Below, piece after piece: positions 49,190 to 62,062 of a stretch of DNA of 64,000 nucleotides (position 1 is the stretch's first letter; each line of letters opens with the position of its first letter). The position numbers were made by a program, and so were the translations under genes. This DNA comes from Sphyrna mokarran (taxonomy: Eukaryota): positions 117,862,001-117,926,000 of the forward strand of contig JAGIQG010000002.1 of the NCBI GenBank assembly GCA_024679065.1. The letters run 5' to 3'. Below the pieces are notes generated by a model that had not been told where the DNA came from, did no database searches, and saw only the letters and a list, made by a program, of their open reading frames with translations.

Positions 49190-51840
49190 GGAGATGATAC
49201 AAAAATGAAATTAAAGTATCTTTATTTGAATGTGCATAGTGTCTGCAATAAGCTAGATGAGCTAATGGTGCAGGTTGAGATAAATGCTTCAGATCTAATA
49301 GTTATTACTTGAGACATGCTTATGGTAAACAGGATTAGGAAATAAATATTCCAGCATTTCAAAAGGCAGCTTGAATGGAAAAGGAGGAGGAGTAACCTGT
49401 TTGTAAAAGATGTCGTGAGGATGTTAGAAAATATCTTGGTTTAGAAGATCAAAATGTAGAATCAGTATCAGTGAAGTTTAAGAATAGTGAGAATCAAAAA
49501 ATGCTAGAAAGTCTCAGCAGGTCTGACAGTATCTGTGAGGAGAGAATAGAGTATTTCAAGTCTAGACAATACTTTGTCATCTAGACTTGAAACATTGGTT
49601 CTATTCTCTCCCCACAGCTATTGAGATTTTCCAGAATTTTCAGATTTTGTTTCAGATTCCTGCATCTGCAGTATTTTGCTTTTATCTAAGGATCAGAAAG
49701 CACTGGTGTGGGTAGATTATAGGAATGCTAGTTATCCCATTGAGTCAATTGCTTTTGTTGCATGCTCCAATGTAATGAATTGTGGGGGCTTTAAACTTGA
49801 TATAAACTGGACAAGTTGGCAAAGATGGTTTGGAAGTTACTTTTGCAACAATTTCTTTGAGCAATATGTTTTGGAACCAACTAGGAATGAAGTTATTTTA
49901 GGTCTAGTAATGTATAATGTTGAATTAATTAGCAATCTCATAGTAAAAGTTCTGCTGGGAAATAACTGGTTGAATCCTGCATGTTTGCATGACATACTTC
50001 AACCACAAACGGGAATCTTAAACACATCAATTACATAGGAATGAGATGCAAGTTATTTAAGATTGATTGAGTAAATAGTCTAAAAGAGGTGAAGGAAAAT
50101 AGTCAGTCAGAAGTATTTAAAGAAACAATTCAAATTGTTAAACAAAAATACTTTCCATTGAAGAACAAAAGCTCAGTGAGAAAGATACATCTGCGGCTCA
50201 CTAAAGAGATTAAGGATAGTATTAGATTAAGAATATTGGGAATTATATATAGTACAGGTAGTGCATCTCAAAACCAGCAAGCTTGGAACTGAACCCATGC
50301 TGGATTTCAGATCTTGCTGGTTTAAAATAAAAGATCTAAGGCATTTCAGTATCTGTGATGGGATTAGATAATGATTGAAGTGATCAAGTGTAAGGATGAA
50401 ACTGGTTAGTGTTTTGGTAAGGCCACGTATTTAAAACTGCTTTTCTTTGGGTTATTGGAGCATGAGAGAAATACTTGAGATGGAAAATGTACAGTGATGT
50501 GCAGCTCCATGCACTTTTCCAAGCTGGGTTGGGTGGGGCAATAGTCACTCAGACCACAAAATGAGAAAAGACGGGTACGCATTATTAGATAACTGTTCAT
50601 CATACCACCTACGAATGCAAGAAGTGCACATAAACTGGTGATGTTTTTTCACTACTTTAATAACACTTAAAATTTTTATGTTGTCAATTTAAAACATTCA
50701 ATTTTCAGACATCAGTTTTTGAATAACTGAATTTGAGATTATGTATTTGTAGTTAGTTCGACATTAGTCGTTGGGGAGGTGCTAGAATCTATTAAGGAAG
50801 TCTTGCCATGATTTCAAAGTGAATTGATTGTTATGTTGAGCCAAAGTCAACATGGTTTTATTGAATTGAAATACTATTTGACAAATATATTGAATTTTTT
50901 TAGAATGTTGTATACCTGGATTTTCAAAACTGAAGCTGCCACTCAAATGGTTGATAAATTAATGGCTCAGAATTGGAAGATAATATATTAGCATGGTAAC
51001 TGATCACAGGAATAAAAGAATATGGTTAAGCAAGCTGTGACTTGTTGAGTGATGCAAGGATCAATGACTTGGATCTAGAACTCAAGTTCAGTCTAAGGCT
51101 GTGGGGCCAGTCATTTAAGACTGAGATGAGGAGGCATTTCTTCTCTCAGGGTTGTGAATCTTTGGAATTCTCTATTGCATTGGGTTGTGGAAGTTTCTAA
51201 CTTTTTTATCAATACAATGTTCGGAGAGATGCAAGCTGCGAGGAAGATGCAGACAGAAAAGAGAGACAGGGTTAGGAAGTGGACTACAGAATGGAATATG
51301 GTATACATAGATGTGAAGCTGTTCACTTTGGTTGTAATAATAGAAAAGAAAAATACTTTAAAACTTATAAATGTTGATGTTTAGCAGAGCTTGGATATAC
51401 CTGTAGAATGAATGCAGGAACTTAGCATGCAGGTTTGCAATCAGTTAGGATGGCATATTACATGTAGGCCTACTTTCCAAGGGGGTTGAGATACAAGAAG
51501 TCTTGTTTTGCTGAAATCACACTTGAAGTACTGTGCAAAGTTTTGGTCCACATAAAAGGAAGAATATACCTGTCTTTCAGATGGTGCAGTAATTTGAATC
51601 CTGAGATGAGAGGGTTGTCCTATGATGAGAGGGTGCATGATATATTTCTATGTTATCTAGAGTTTAGAAGAATGAGATGATTTCATTGAAATGTAGAAGA
51701 TTCTGAAGAGGGTTGACAGAATAAACATGGAGAGGTTGTTTCCTCAGGCTACATGATCTTGATCTCTCACGTGCAGCCTCAGGATGTGGAGCCAGTCATT
51801 TAGGACTGAGATGGGGAGGTGTTTCTTCACACAGGGTTAT
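49190..51840 (+). mobile_element. Highly decayed old CR1 (EN to RT), host of younger insertions; resumes at ~55894-56090
   Basis: LKYLYLNVHSVCNKLDEL...DLIVIT, FFEQYVLEPTRNEVIL and MRGLSYDER fragments. Confidence 0.7.
49497..49685. mobile_element. Small head-to-head inverted pair of Penelope-type pseudo-LTRs
   Basis: CTGTGAGGAGAGAATAGA...TTTCAAGTCTAGA mirrored by TCTAGACTTGAAAC...TCTATTCTCTCCCCACAG. Confidence 0.65.
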
Positions 51841-51924
51841 AGAACATAGAACATTACAGCACAGAACAGGCCCTTCGGCCTTCGATGTTGTGCCGACCAA
51901 AATAAAAAGCAATGCCCCTCCAAA

Positions 51925-54710
51925 CAAAACCATTCCCTTCTCTTCCATATACTTATCAATTAACCTCTTAAACGCCACCAAACTTGGCGCATCTACAACA
52001 GCTGCAGGCAGGGCATTCCACTCCCTAAATCACTCTTTGAGTAAAGAACCTACCTCTGATATCCGTCCTATAACTCATACCCCTTAATTTAAAGCTGTGT
52101 CCCCTAGTGCTAGCTTTCTCCATCCTAGGAAAAAGGCTGTCACTGTCCACCCTATCTAAACCTCTAATCATCTTATATGCTTCAATAAGATCCCCTCTTA
52201 GCCGCCTCCTTTCTAACGAAAACAACCTCCAATCCTTCAACCTCTCTTCATAGGACCTGCCCTCCATACCAGGCAACATCCTGGTAAACCTCCTCTGTAC
52301 CCTCTCCAATGCCTCAACATCTTTCTTATAATGTGGGGACCAGAACTGCACACAATACTCCAAGTGCGGCCGCACTAGAGTTTTGTACAGTTGCAACATG
52401 ATGCTGCGGCTCCTAAATTCAATCCCCCTACCAATAAAAGCTAAGACTCCATATGCCTTCTTAACAACTTTATCCACTTGACTGCCTACTTTCAGGGAAC
52501 TATTGACACATACACCAAGATCCTTCTGTTCCTCAACACTATTAAGAGCCCTACCATTAGCCCTATACTCTACACATTTATTGTTCCTGCCAAATTGCAT
52601 TACCTCACACTTTTCCACATTAAACTCCATTTGCCACCTCTCGGCCCAGCTCTGCAACTTGTCCAAGTCACTCTGTAAACTATAACACCCCTCTTCACTA
52701 TCTACCACGCCACCGACTTTAGTGTCATCTGCAAATTTACTGATCCATCCCTCAATACCCTCATCCAGATCATTTATAAAAATTACAAACAGCAGGGGCC
52801 CCAAAACAGACCCCTGAGGCACACCACTCGTCACCGAACGCCACGATGAATATCTCCCATCAACCACCACCCTCTGTCTTCTATCTGCCAGCCAATTTCT
52901 AATCCAATTAGCTAAATCACCCTCTATTCCACACATCTGCATTTTCTGTAGAAGTCTTACATGGGCCACCTTATCAAAAGCCTTACTAAAGTCCATATAT
53001 ACTACATCAACCGCCTTACCCCCATCCACCTCTCTGGTCACTTTCTCAAAAAACTCAATGAGGTTAGTAAGGCATGAACTACCCTTCACGAAACCATGCT
53101 GACTATCCCCAATCAATTCATTTCTCTCTAAATAACTATAAATCCTATCCCTAATAATTCTCTCCAATACCTTGCCCACCACAGAAGTAAGACTCACTGG
53201 CCTATAATTCCCAGGAAGGTCTCTCTTCCCCGTCTTAAACAATGGGACCACATTCGCTATCCTCCAGTCCTTCGGAACCACACCCGTAACCAACGAGGAC
53301 CTGAAGATCAGAGCCAGAGGCTCTGCAATCTCCTCTCTTGCCTCCCAGAGAATCCTAGGGTAAATCCCGTCCGGCCCAGGGGACTTATCCAACTTCAAAC
53401 CCTCGAGAATATCTAGCAAATCCTCCCTATCTACTTCAATACTTTCCAGTTTGCTACCCTGTACCTCAGTGTTCTCCATAACTACATTTACATCACCCTG
53501 CGTGAATACCGAAGAGAAATATTTATTCAGTACCTCTCCAATCTCCTCAGGCTCCAAGCACAACTTCCCACTGCTGTCTATGACTGGCCCTAATCTTGCC
53601 CTAACCAATCTTCTATTCTTAACATATCTAAAGAAAGCTTTAGGATTCTCCTTAATCCTATCAGCCAAAGTCTTCTCGTGTCCCCTTTTAGCTCTCCTCA
53701 ACTCCCTCTTTAGCTCCCTCCTGGCTAATCTATAGCTATCCATTGCACTAAATGAGCCTTCAAGCCTCATCCTGACATAAGCCTCCTTTTTCCTTTTAAC
53801 CAGCAAATCAACTTTTTTCGTGCACCAAGGTTCTCTTACTTGACCATTTCCTCCTTGCCTGACAGGGACATACTTATCAAGGACCCGCAGCAGCTGCTCC
53901 TTGAATAAGCTCCACATTCCAGATGTTCCCAGTCCCTGTAGCTTCCTAGTCCAATCTATGCACCATAATTCTCTCCTGATGGCCTCATAATTACCCTTCC
54001 CCCAGCTATACCTACTGCCCCCAGCTTCATGCCTATCCCTGTCCATCACTAAGGTGAACGTAACCGAATTGTGGTCACTATCACCAAAATGTTCACTAAC
54101 TTCCAAGCCTAACACCTGGTCTGGCTCATTGCCCAGCACCAAATCCAATGTAGCCTCACCTCTAGTTGGCCTATCTACATACTGAGTCAAAAAAACCTTC
54201 CTGCACACTCTGTACGAAAACTGACCCCTCTAACGAGCTAGAGCTATAGCTATTCCAATCAATATTAGCAAAGTTAAAGTCCCCATCACAATTACCCTAC
54301 TACTTTCACTCCTAATCAGAATTGACTTTGCAATCCTTTCCTCAACCTCTCTAGAAATATTAGGAGGTCTGTAAAAGACTCCCAACAGGGTGACCTCTCC
54401 TCTCCTGTTTCTAATCTCAGCCCATACTACCTCAACAGACAAGTCCTCATCAAATTTCTTTTCTATCACCGTGATACAGTCTTTGACCAATAACGCCACT
54501 CCTCCCCCCCTTCTACCTCCTTCTCTACTCCGACTAAAGCATTTGAACCCCGGAACCTGCAACATCCATTCTTGTCCCTGCTTACCCAAGTCTCTGAAAT
54601 GGCCACAACATCGAAGTTCCAGGTACTGGTCCAAGCTGCAAGTTCCTCCCCCTTATTGCAAATACTCCTTGCATTAAAGTATACGCATTTCAAACCATGC
54701 CCCACCCCAT
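51925..54710 (-). pseudogene. CR1 ORF2 (APE endonuclease + reverse transcriptase), four single-base frameshifts in this sequence
   Basis: [51 protein letters not shown] and FADD motifs over ORFs 54466-54705, 54230-54634 and 52025-54208. Confidence 0.93.
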
Positions 54711-54807
54711 CCGTACGCCGCTGTGTTTTACAACTCTCCTCTATAACCCCCTTACTCTCATCCCTCTCAGCACCCCAACTACTTAGGATCCCACCCCCCC
54801 CCCCGAA

Positions 54808-55731
54808 TCAGTTTAACGCCCCCATCATAGCCTTAGCAAATTTTCCCCCCAAGATATTAGTCCCCCTCTGGTTCAGGTGTAGACCATCTCTATTGAAGAG
54901 GTCCCACCTATCCCAGAATGAGTCCCAATTGTTAAGGAACCTGAACCCCTCCCTCCTGCACCATCCACGCAGCCATGAGTTCAAACTGTCCCTTTCTCTG
55001 TTCTTCTCTAAACTATCCCTTGGCACAGGCAAGAGTCCAGAGATAACCACTCTGCCTGTTATGGACCTAAGCTTCCACCCTAACTCCATAAATTTCTGTT
55101 TAATATCCCCATCCCTTGTCCTACCTACATCATGTGTCCCCACATGAACAATGACTTGGGGCTGACTCCCCTCACCCTTAAGAATCCTAAAAACCCGATC
55201 TGCAACATCCTGGACCCCAGCCCCTGGGAGGCAACACACCAGCCCTGAGTCCTGTTTATTACTATTTACCCTCCCATCTGTCCCTCTAACTATGGAGTCT
55301 CCTATAACTAGGCCTAATCTCTTATTCCCCCCACCCACCTGAGCATTCTCAGCAGGCTCACCCCCAGAGACCTGCTCCCTTTGGTCAGCTCCAGTTGATT
55401 CTTCCTCAACTGTAGCCTCCAAGACAGAAAATTTATTTTGGAGGGGAACAGCCCCAGGGGATTGTCTCCCCGATTGCTTCTTACCCCTCCTCCTAATAGT
55501 TACCCAATTATCACTTTTAGGAGTTATAATCTCTTTGTTACTTCTGCCTATATCATCCTCTACCTCTCGAATTACCCTGAGTTCCTCTAATTCCAGCTCC
55601 AGCTCCTTAACACGATCCTCAAGGAGCTGCAAATGTGCACACTTCCTGCAGGTGTAATCAGCAGGAACACTACTGGTGTCCCTCACCTCATACATACTGC
55701 AGGAGGTGCAACGTACTACCTGCACTGCCAT
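54808..55731 (-). CDS. CR1 ORF1 (zinc finger/leucine zipper + SGNH esterase-like domain), open frame of 307 aa
   Basis: MAVQVVRCTSC...CRKC, LEDRVKELELELEEL coiled coil, VIGDSIVR, CLPGA, HVGTHD and DGLHLN blocks. Confidence 0.92.
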   Translation of the reverse strand: MAVQVVRCTSCSMYEVRDTSSVPADYTCRKCAHLQLLEDRVKELELELEELRVIREVEDDIGRSNKEIITPKSDNWVTIRRRGKKQSGRQSPGAVPLQNKFSVLEATVEEESTGADQREQVSGGEPAENAQVGGGNKRLGLVIGDSIVRGTDGRVNSNKQDSGLVCCLPGAGVQDVADRVFRILKGEGSQPQVIVHVGTHDVGRTRDGDIKQKFMELGWKLRSITGRVVISGLLPVPRDSLEKNRERDSLNSWLRGWCRREGFRFLNNWDSFWDRWDLFNRDGLHLNQRGTNILGGKFAKAMMGALN

Positions 55732-57740
55732 CACTGTTACTTTAATTTCCAGGAGAGAAAAAAAAAACTTCTCACACACTTTTATTATTAGGTTAGAGGA
55801 GGGGGGAGGGTGGGATACTCTACCTGTGTAGAGTATCGGGTTTCCTCTCTGTACCAATTTATAGAGTCAGAGAGAAAAACTACAACTACCGTTAAGGTTA
55901 TGAATCTTTGGACTTCTCTATCCCAATCTGTTGTGGATGCTCCATGATTGAATATGTTTAAAGCCAAGATGGGCAAAAGGGATACAGGGAACGTGGAGTT
56001 GAAGCCTGAAATCAGCCGTCATCATTGAATGGCAGAGCAAGCTCAATGAGCTGTATGTTCTGCTGCTGTTTGTCTCTTACGTTCTTGTGTTCATTTATAT
56101 GTTAGAAAATGTTTGAGACACAAACATTGTTGTGGTTATATAACAATATACCATGAATTACTTGATCTAAGGTACTGGTTTTTAACTCTCATCTGTAAGC
56201 ATAACTTACGATTTACCATGAGGAATCCCATAGTGATCACGTGATTAAGCTACCACCTTTTGTATAAGTGCCTGTTTTATTGCCTACATATGTGTCGGAA
56301 AGATGTGCCGGTTAGGTGTATTAGTCATGCTAAATTCTCCCTCAGGGTACCTGAACAGGCGCTGGGATGTGCAACTAGGGGATTTTCACAGTAACTTCAT
56401 TGTAGTATTAATGTAAGCCTGTGACATAAACTTTAAAAAAAAGCCGTACAATTCCTCTCTTTTATCAGTGGTCTTGATGTGAATGATATTCTTTTGATTA
56501 TCAATAATTGTTTTGCTGTGGTATTGTACAGTGGACAGAGAAATGGTGTGTTATCTGCAATACTGAAATTATTCATTTGATAATTTGTTGGGAATGTAAG
56601 TCGTATCACCTATCTCCAGCCTAAAGGGTTGCAAAACTTGATTGCTTAATAATTTGTCTGTCCACTAAAGTTATACTATAACTGTAGCGTAGATACAAAA
56701 GTAAATTTTGCTGCACTGATAAAATTAGCTAATTGCTGCATTGTGATAATTATAGATTTAAGAAACTCATACATTGGGAATCCAATATGAAAGCTCAGCT
56801 TATGTATCAGGCTATGATGTAGCCTGAACCTATTCTGTAGATACCGTGATGGCAAGAGAGACTTCTTGACATATCAGTTGTTGCATCATTGGATTTTGCA
56901 AGGCATTTATTTGGTCTTTTATTTAAATAAATGGTCCCCAAAATAAGGTCAAGGAGATGTTGGGGAAATTTTATTTAGAACAGACATTAGATGCATAGGA
57001 GGACCGTCACTTGCAAATTCCTCTCCAAGTCAGAAACTATCCCAACTTGAAAGTATATCCCTACTGAATGGAATAGCATTGTGAAGGCACCTTCACCATG
57101 GGCTGCCACAGTTCAGTAAAAATATTCACCACTTTGTGGGCAATAATTCAAACCTTACCAGCAACATCCAAGTATGGAAAAATATCTTCATGCTCAAATG
57201 AGCCCAATAGTTGTTTGGAATAAACAAATATAGTTGAATGCTCTGGGGAGACCGATGTTTTGATTCTATAGTTTGCATATATCCGTGTTCGTATACACTA
57301 GTGTACTTAACAAACTAGCTCATGCTTTGCACTATCAACAAAACACCACCTAAATATTTGTGATTGCAACAGTGCCATGAGAGCTGTTAGTCTTGAATTC
57401 ACACTTCTGTTTTTGTACCAGGAAAAGGTGAACTGGTGCAACTATACCTAAACATGCAGCAACAATTCTAAATGTCCATTTGTAAGATTGAGCAGTAAAT
57501 GTTATGTATTCCATTACCTGCAGATTGTATTCAGACAGCATTATCACAAACCGCTCTTTCCCATTGTAATCGAGCTAAGGTGGGGAACTAGTAATCACTT
57601 GTTAAATTAGGGTTGCTGGAACATTTAATACACAATATGAAACTTGGTGTCCAGCTCTATTCCTTCAAGACTTTTGTGTCTCTAGAGGTCATCAGAGTTC
57701 ACATTTATGTGCATCTGTTTCTTTTTAGCAGAGCACAGTT

Positions 57741-58100
57741 TGATTTTTTTGATTTATTGTTGTCATGTATTAGTATACAGTGAAAAGTATTGTTTCTTGT
57801 CTGCTGTACAGACAAAATATAGTCCTTGTGGAGAAGGAAATAAAAGAATTCAGAATGGAGTGTTACACCTATAGCCAGGGTGTAGCGAAAGATCAACTTA
57901 ATGAAAGATCGGTTCATTCAAAAATCTGATGGCAAGAAGGAAAGAAGCTGTTCTTGAGGTCAGTTGATATGTGACCTCAGATGTTTGTACCTTTTTTCTG
58001 ATGGAAGGTGGTGGAAGAAAGAATGGGGTCCTTAATTATGTTGGCTGCTTTTCCAAGACAGTGGGAAATGTAGACAGAATCAATGAATGGGAGGCTGATT
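57741..58100 (-). mobile_element. Rex1/Babar-type LINE 3' end
   Basis: Same sequence family as 17418-17745. Confidence 0.7.
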
Positions 58101-58489
58101 AGAAGTTAAAGGAAGATGGAGACCTTGCTTTCTTAAATGTAGCATTTGGTTGCAATTAATTATTCTAAACATTCATTTCTGCTTTGAGTAAAGAAGTTTT
58201 TCTTTTAAATTTTTAATTTAACTTTATAATCTCTGGTCTTAATTTCAGAGCTAATTGTGAAGTAATAAACTGGAATATGCCTTAGATAATTTACGAGGTT
58301 ATCCCTTTATCCACTTTCTTTTCTGAGAATATCAAATTATAATACATTTTTCTAGGTTTACACTCAGTATCAGTTTTTCCCCCTCAGTTAAAGTGTCACT
58401 GTTTATTTAGTCTTCATGGAGTTTGTCATTGAAGAGTATCATTGTCTTTCCATTGGCATATGCTCATCACATTCTACATGTCAAATCTC

Positions 58490-59067
58490 AAGTACAGGAT
58501 CAGGGATGTATTGTTACAATATAAAGAGCATTGGTGGCACCTAGAGTATTGTGTGCAATTTTGGTGTCCTTTTCTGAGGGAAGGATGCTCATACTTTTGA
58601 AAGAGTGCAACGAAGGCTTACCGAGCTGATTCCGGGATGGTGGGACTGATATATGAGGAGAGATTGACTGAGCTAGAATTGTTTTCGCTGGAGTTCAGGC
58701 AAATGGGAGAGGATCTCATTGAAACTTATAAAATTCTAATATAATAGGTGCAGGGAAGATATTCCCGATGATGGGGGGGTCAGAATCAGGGATCACAGTC
58801 TGAGGATTCAGGGTAGGCCACTTAGGGCGGAAGTGAGGAGACTTCTTCACTGAGAGTGGCGAGCCTGTGGAATTCATTACCACAGGAAGTAGTTGATGCC
58901 TAAACATTGAATGTATTCAAGAGGCGGCTAGGCACAGCACTTGGGGCAAATGGGATCAGAGTATGGGGAAAAAGCAGGATTAGGCTGTTGTGTTGGATAA
59001 TTGTAATGAATGGTGGAGCAAGCTTGAAGGGCGAAATGGCCACCACCTGCTCCTATCTTCTATGTTT
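58490..59067 (+). mobile_element. Old CR1 3' fragment
   Basis: HLEYCVQFW...DLIETYKI...NVFKRRL fragments and CR1-type tail. Confidence 0.8.
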
Positions 59068-59169
59068 CAAGTATTGTACTTCATTAGAGGTACAAACATC
59101 CTTTCCAAAAATCAGAGGGAAAGCGTACATTTTGTGCTAGGTTATTTTGACTTCTAGCCAGATTTCCGG

Positions 59170-59625
59170 ATGTATCACAGCTTGATATGGCTCCTGTCTG
59201 AGCAAGACTGCAAAAAACTACAAAAGATTGTCAATATAGCGCAATCCATCACACAAACCCCAGCCTCCCATCCATGCACTCTTGTCTATACTTCCCACTG
59301 CCTCAGAAAAACAGCCAGTATAATAAAGGACCCCATGCATCATGGACATACACTCTTCCACCTTCTTCAGTTGGAGAAAAGATACAAAAGTCTGAGGTCA
59401 TGTACCAACTGATTTAAGAACAGCTTCTTCACTGATGCCATCAGTTTTTTGAATGGACTTGTATTAAGTTGATCTCTCTCTACACCCTAGCTGTGACTAT
59501 AACGCTATATTCTCCATCCTTTCCTTTTCCCCTATGTATTCTGTGAACAGTATGCTCTGCCTGTATAGCACACAAGAAAGAATACTTCTCGTTGTGTACT
59601 AATACATCTGACAGATCAAATCAAA
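59170..59625 (+). mobile_element. Rex1/Babar-type LINE C-terminus + 3' UTR
   Basis: EQDCKKLQKIVNIAQSI...IIKDPMHHGHTLFHLL..KRYKSLRS..N.FKNSFF; TCAAATCAAA tail. Confidence 0.8.
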
Positions 59626-60047
59626 AAGCAACTTACAAGCACTGCAATTGAACTGTGGTGTTATCACAGAGTTATAACAACCTCAATTGCTCAGATACAG
59701 CACTTCCCCATAGGAAGTACATGATCAGGAACTTCAAAGGGAAAGTCCATGTTATCTAAATAGTGACACAAACTTATACACAGTTGGGGAAATGTATTTA
59801 TTTTAAGGGTGACATTTTCCTGTTTAAAAAATTAGCAGTATATCTTTTCATTGTCTATATAGGTGCTCCATTAATGTGGAATGATGGTGGAGAAGGAACC
59901 TCAAAGCCATAACCAACGTTTTCACTGGTTTGGAGGCAGTTTCCATGTTCCAGTAGATGCTGCAGAAAGAGAGCCTTTCTCTTGTGTATTTATTAAATGT
60001 GTGGCATGAATTTTGTTTTCAAATCAGAATTACTTTTGTTTCTAAAG

Positions 60048-60168
60048 GCCGTGAATACACTATTCCAACCCTGATGCATCGATTCCTTGCAGAGATGGTG
60101 GATTTTTTAATCCTGTTCCTGTTAAAAGCTGTCGTGGTGCTGACTGTGATGCATATCTGTGGGATCAA
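60048..60168 (+). CDS. FAM8A1: FAM8A1 coding exon 2 (start of RDD domain): (G)REYTIPTLMHRFLAEMVDFLILFLLKAVVVLTVMHICGI(K)
   Basis: TTTCTAAAG acceptor, GTAAGT donor, phase 1 to 2. Closely matches vertebrate FAM8A1 GREY.IP.L.HRF.AEMVDF. Confidence 0.95.
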
Positions 60169-62022
60169 GTAAGTAGTAGAACTCTTATTTACAACTGCAG
60201 CTTTTGTTCATAGATAATGTTGTAACACTGGTAAATCATGAAGGGGAGCATATCTATCATTTGAGTTGACCATGAATGAATCTAAACTGACAGTCAGTAC
60301 ATGAAATTGTCAGTTGCTAATTTACTTTATATTAGAATTGCTGCAATTTTTGATGAGCACCATAAGGTGATGTTTTGATGTCCAGTTTCTGTTTCTGTAC
60401 AAGGAAACTGTATGCATGTGTGTGCGCAAGTTCAGGATTAATTTCTCCAAGTATTTTGCTTGCAATTTTGCTCCTACTTTCAGCTGGAGTAACATGTGCC
60501 TAATAAAAACAGTGGGAAGTGACATTTTACACATCCTATTCTCAGGCATTTAAATAAAATTCAGCTTTTTGCACATGTTTTATTTTTGGGAATATTCCTT
60601 AATTTATTTTGGAGCTGGGCGATGCTGTCTAGATAGATGGATTGCAGATTGGGAGTGTGTTAGAGAACTGCAGCCTTTCTAAGGAAGTCATAAATTCACA
60701 AAAGCTGAAAATGAAATGGTAATAGGTGATACCAGTGAAATCCTGTGACTTACACTTTGGTTTGTGACAAATGGGTGACCCAGAAACATTCTAAACAGAA
60801 ATATTTTCTCAGCAGATTAATGATGTATTTCACCAGACCTGTAAGAATGAGTGTTTTTAAAAAGCAAAAACTCTTAAAAGCATTTAAAGGTCTGCCTAAT
60901 TTATTGATGCTTTGTGATAATCTATAGGATTTGGTACGATGTAGCATATTGTAGTTTATATGGTTCTATACAGTGCTGGAGAAGGTGGTGATCTCTAGGA
61001 CTCTGTGATACCATGTCATGTGATCTCTAGGACTTTACTCATTTATATAGAATGTGATTAAGTAGCCGTTGTTTTTAAGGACTTTGTCAGATCAGTATCT
61101 TTCAAGAATGATTTTTAAAAATCCCTTTTTAGCGAGCAGGAAACTGGTCACTACTGTAAGAAGGAGACGGTGAGCTTTTTTAAATACTCACTGACAAAAA
61201 AAGGTTAATTTAATCCACCATTGCAAGTTTGAGACAGTGGGTCACTGCTGATGTTTGAGGGAAAGAGATCCCACGTAGAATTGCAGGACTTCAGTGCAGA
61301 AGGAGGCTATCGTTCTATCATGTCCACACTGCTTTCCAAATGAACAATTCACGTAATGCTATTCTCCCACCTTCTCAAGCTGGCTGATTCTTCCTTTTCA
61401 CTTGAGCTTAATTCCCTTTTGAATATTTAACTTAAACCTGCTTCCTCTACACTCATAGGTTGTGTATTCTGGACCTTAATCACTTGCTACATGAAAAAGT
61501 TTTTCCTTGGTTCACTTTTATTTTGTATGCTACTTTAAATCTGTGCCCTCTCTTGATCCCTTCATGAGTGAGAATTATTTCTTCTTACATTCTGTGTCAA
61601 AATCCCTCGTGATTTTAAATATCTCAATCAGATGTCCTCTCAGCCTTATCTTTTCCAAGTCAAACAGTTTTAACTTCTCCAATCCATCTTTGTAACTGAA
61701 GTTCCAGAGAGTTCCACATTCGTGAATGTTTTCTGCACTCACTCCAATGCTTTCACACCTTTCCTGAATTGTGGGGCCCAGAATTGGATTCAGTTCTCCA
61801 ACTGACATCATAACTTTTTATAAAATTCATTTATAGCATGGGCATCACTGGCTAGGCCAGTATTTATTGCCCATCCTTAATTGCCCTTGAGATGATGAGC
61901 TGCCTTCTTGAACTGCTACAGTCTCTGTGGTGCAGATACACTTACAAAGCTGTTACATTAGAGTGTGCTCAGTAAAGGTTTACAACGCCAATTTTAAATC
62001 CAACCAATTTATTTGATAGTAA

Positions 62023-62062
62023 ATTTGCGAGCTTTCGACTCTATGGCCTTCGTCAGGCAAAT
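62023..62062 (-). ncRNA. Minimal type I hammerhead ribozyme motif (left arm)
   Basis: Exact reverse complement of 62811-62850. Confidence 0.8.

Larger units (their letters stand above)
51841..55893 (-). mobile_element. Full-length (~4.05 kb) young CR1-clade LINE with TSD (A[G/A])GGTTAT, antisense in FAM8A1 intron 1
   Basis: ORF1, ORF2, 3' UTR and TGTTCTA tail present. GGTTAT at 51835-51840 and 55896-55901. The host CR1 reads through when the insert is removed. Confidence 0.96.

Noticed and set aside
51091-51185. Out-of-order duplicate of a CR1 3' segment (similar to 51775-51840)
   Set aside because: Most simply another small old CR1 fragment nested in the fossil; nothing distinctive.
54572-55147. 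191-aa + strand ORF (and similar ORFs at 1331, 52478, 53451)
   Set aside because: Antisense shadows of CR1 coding sequence.
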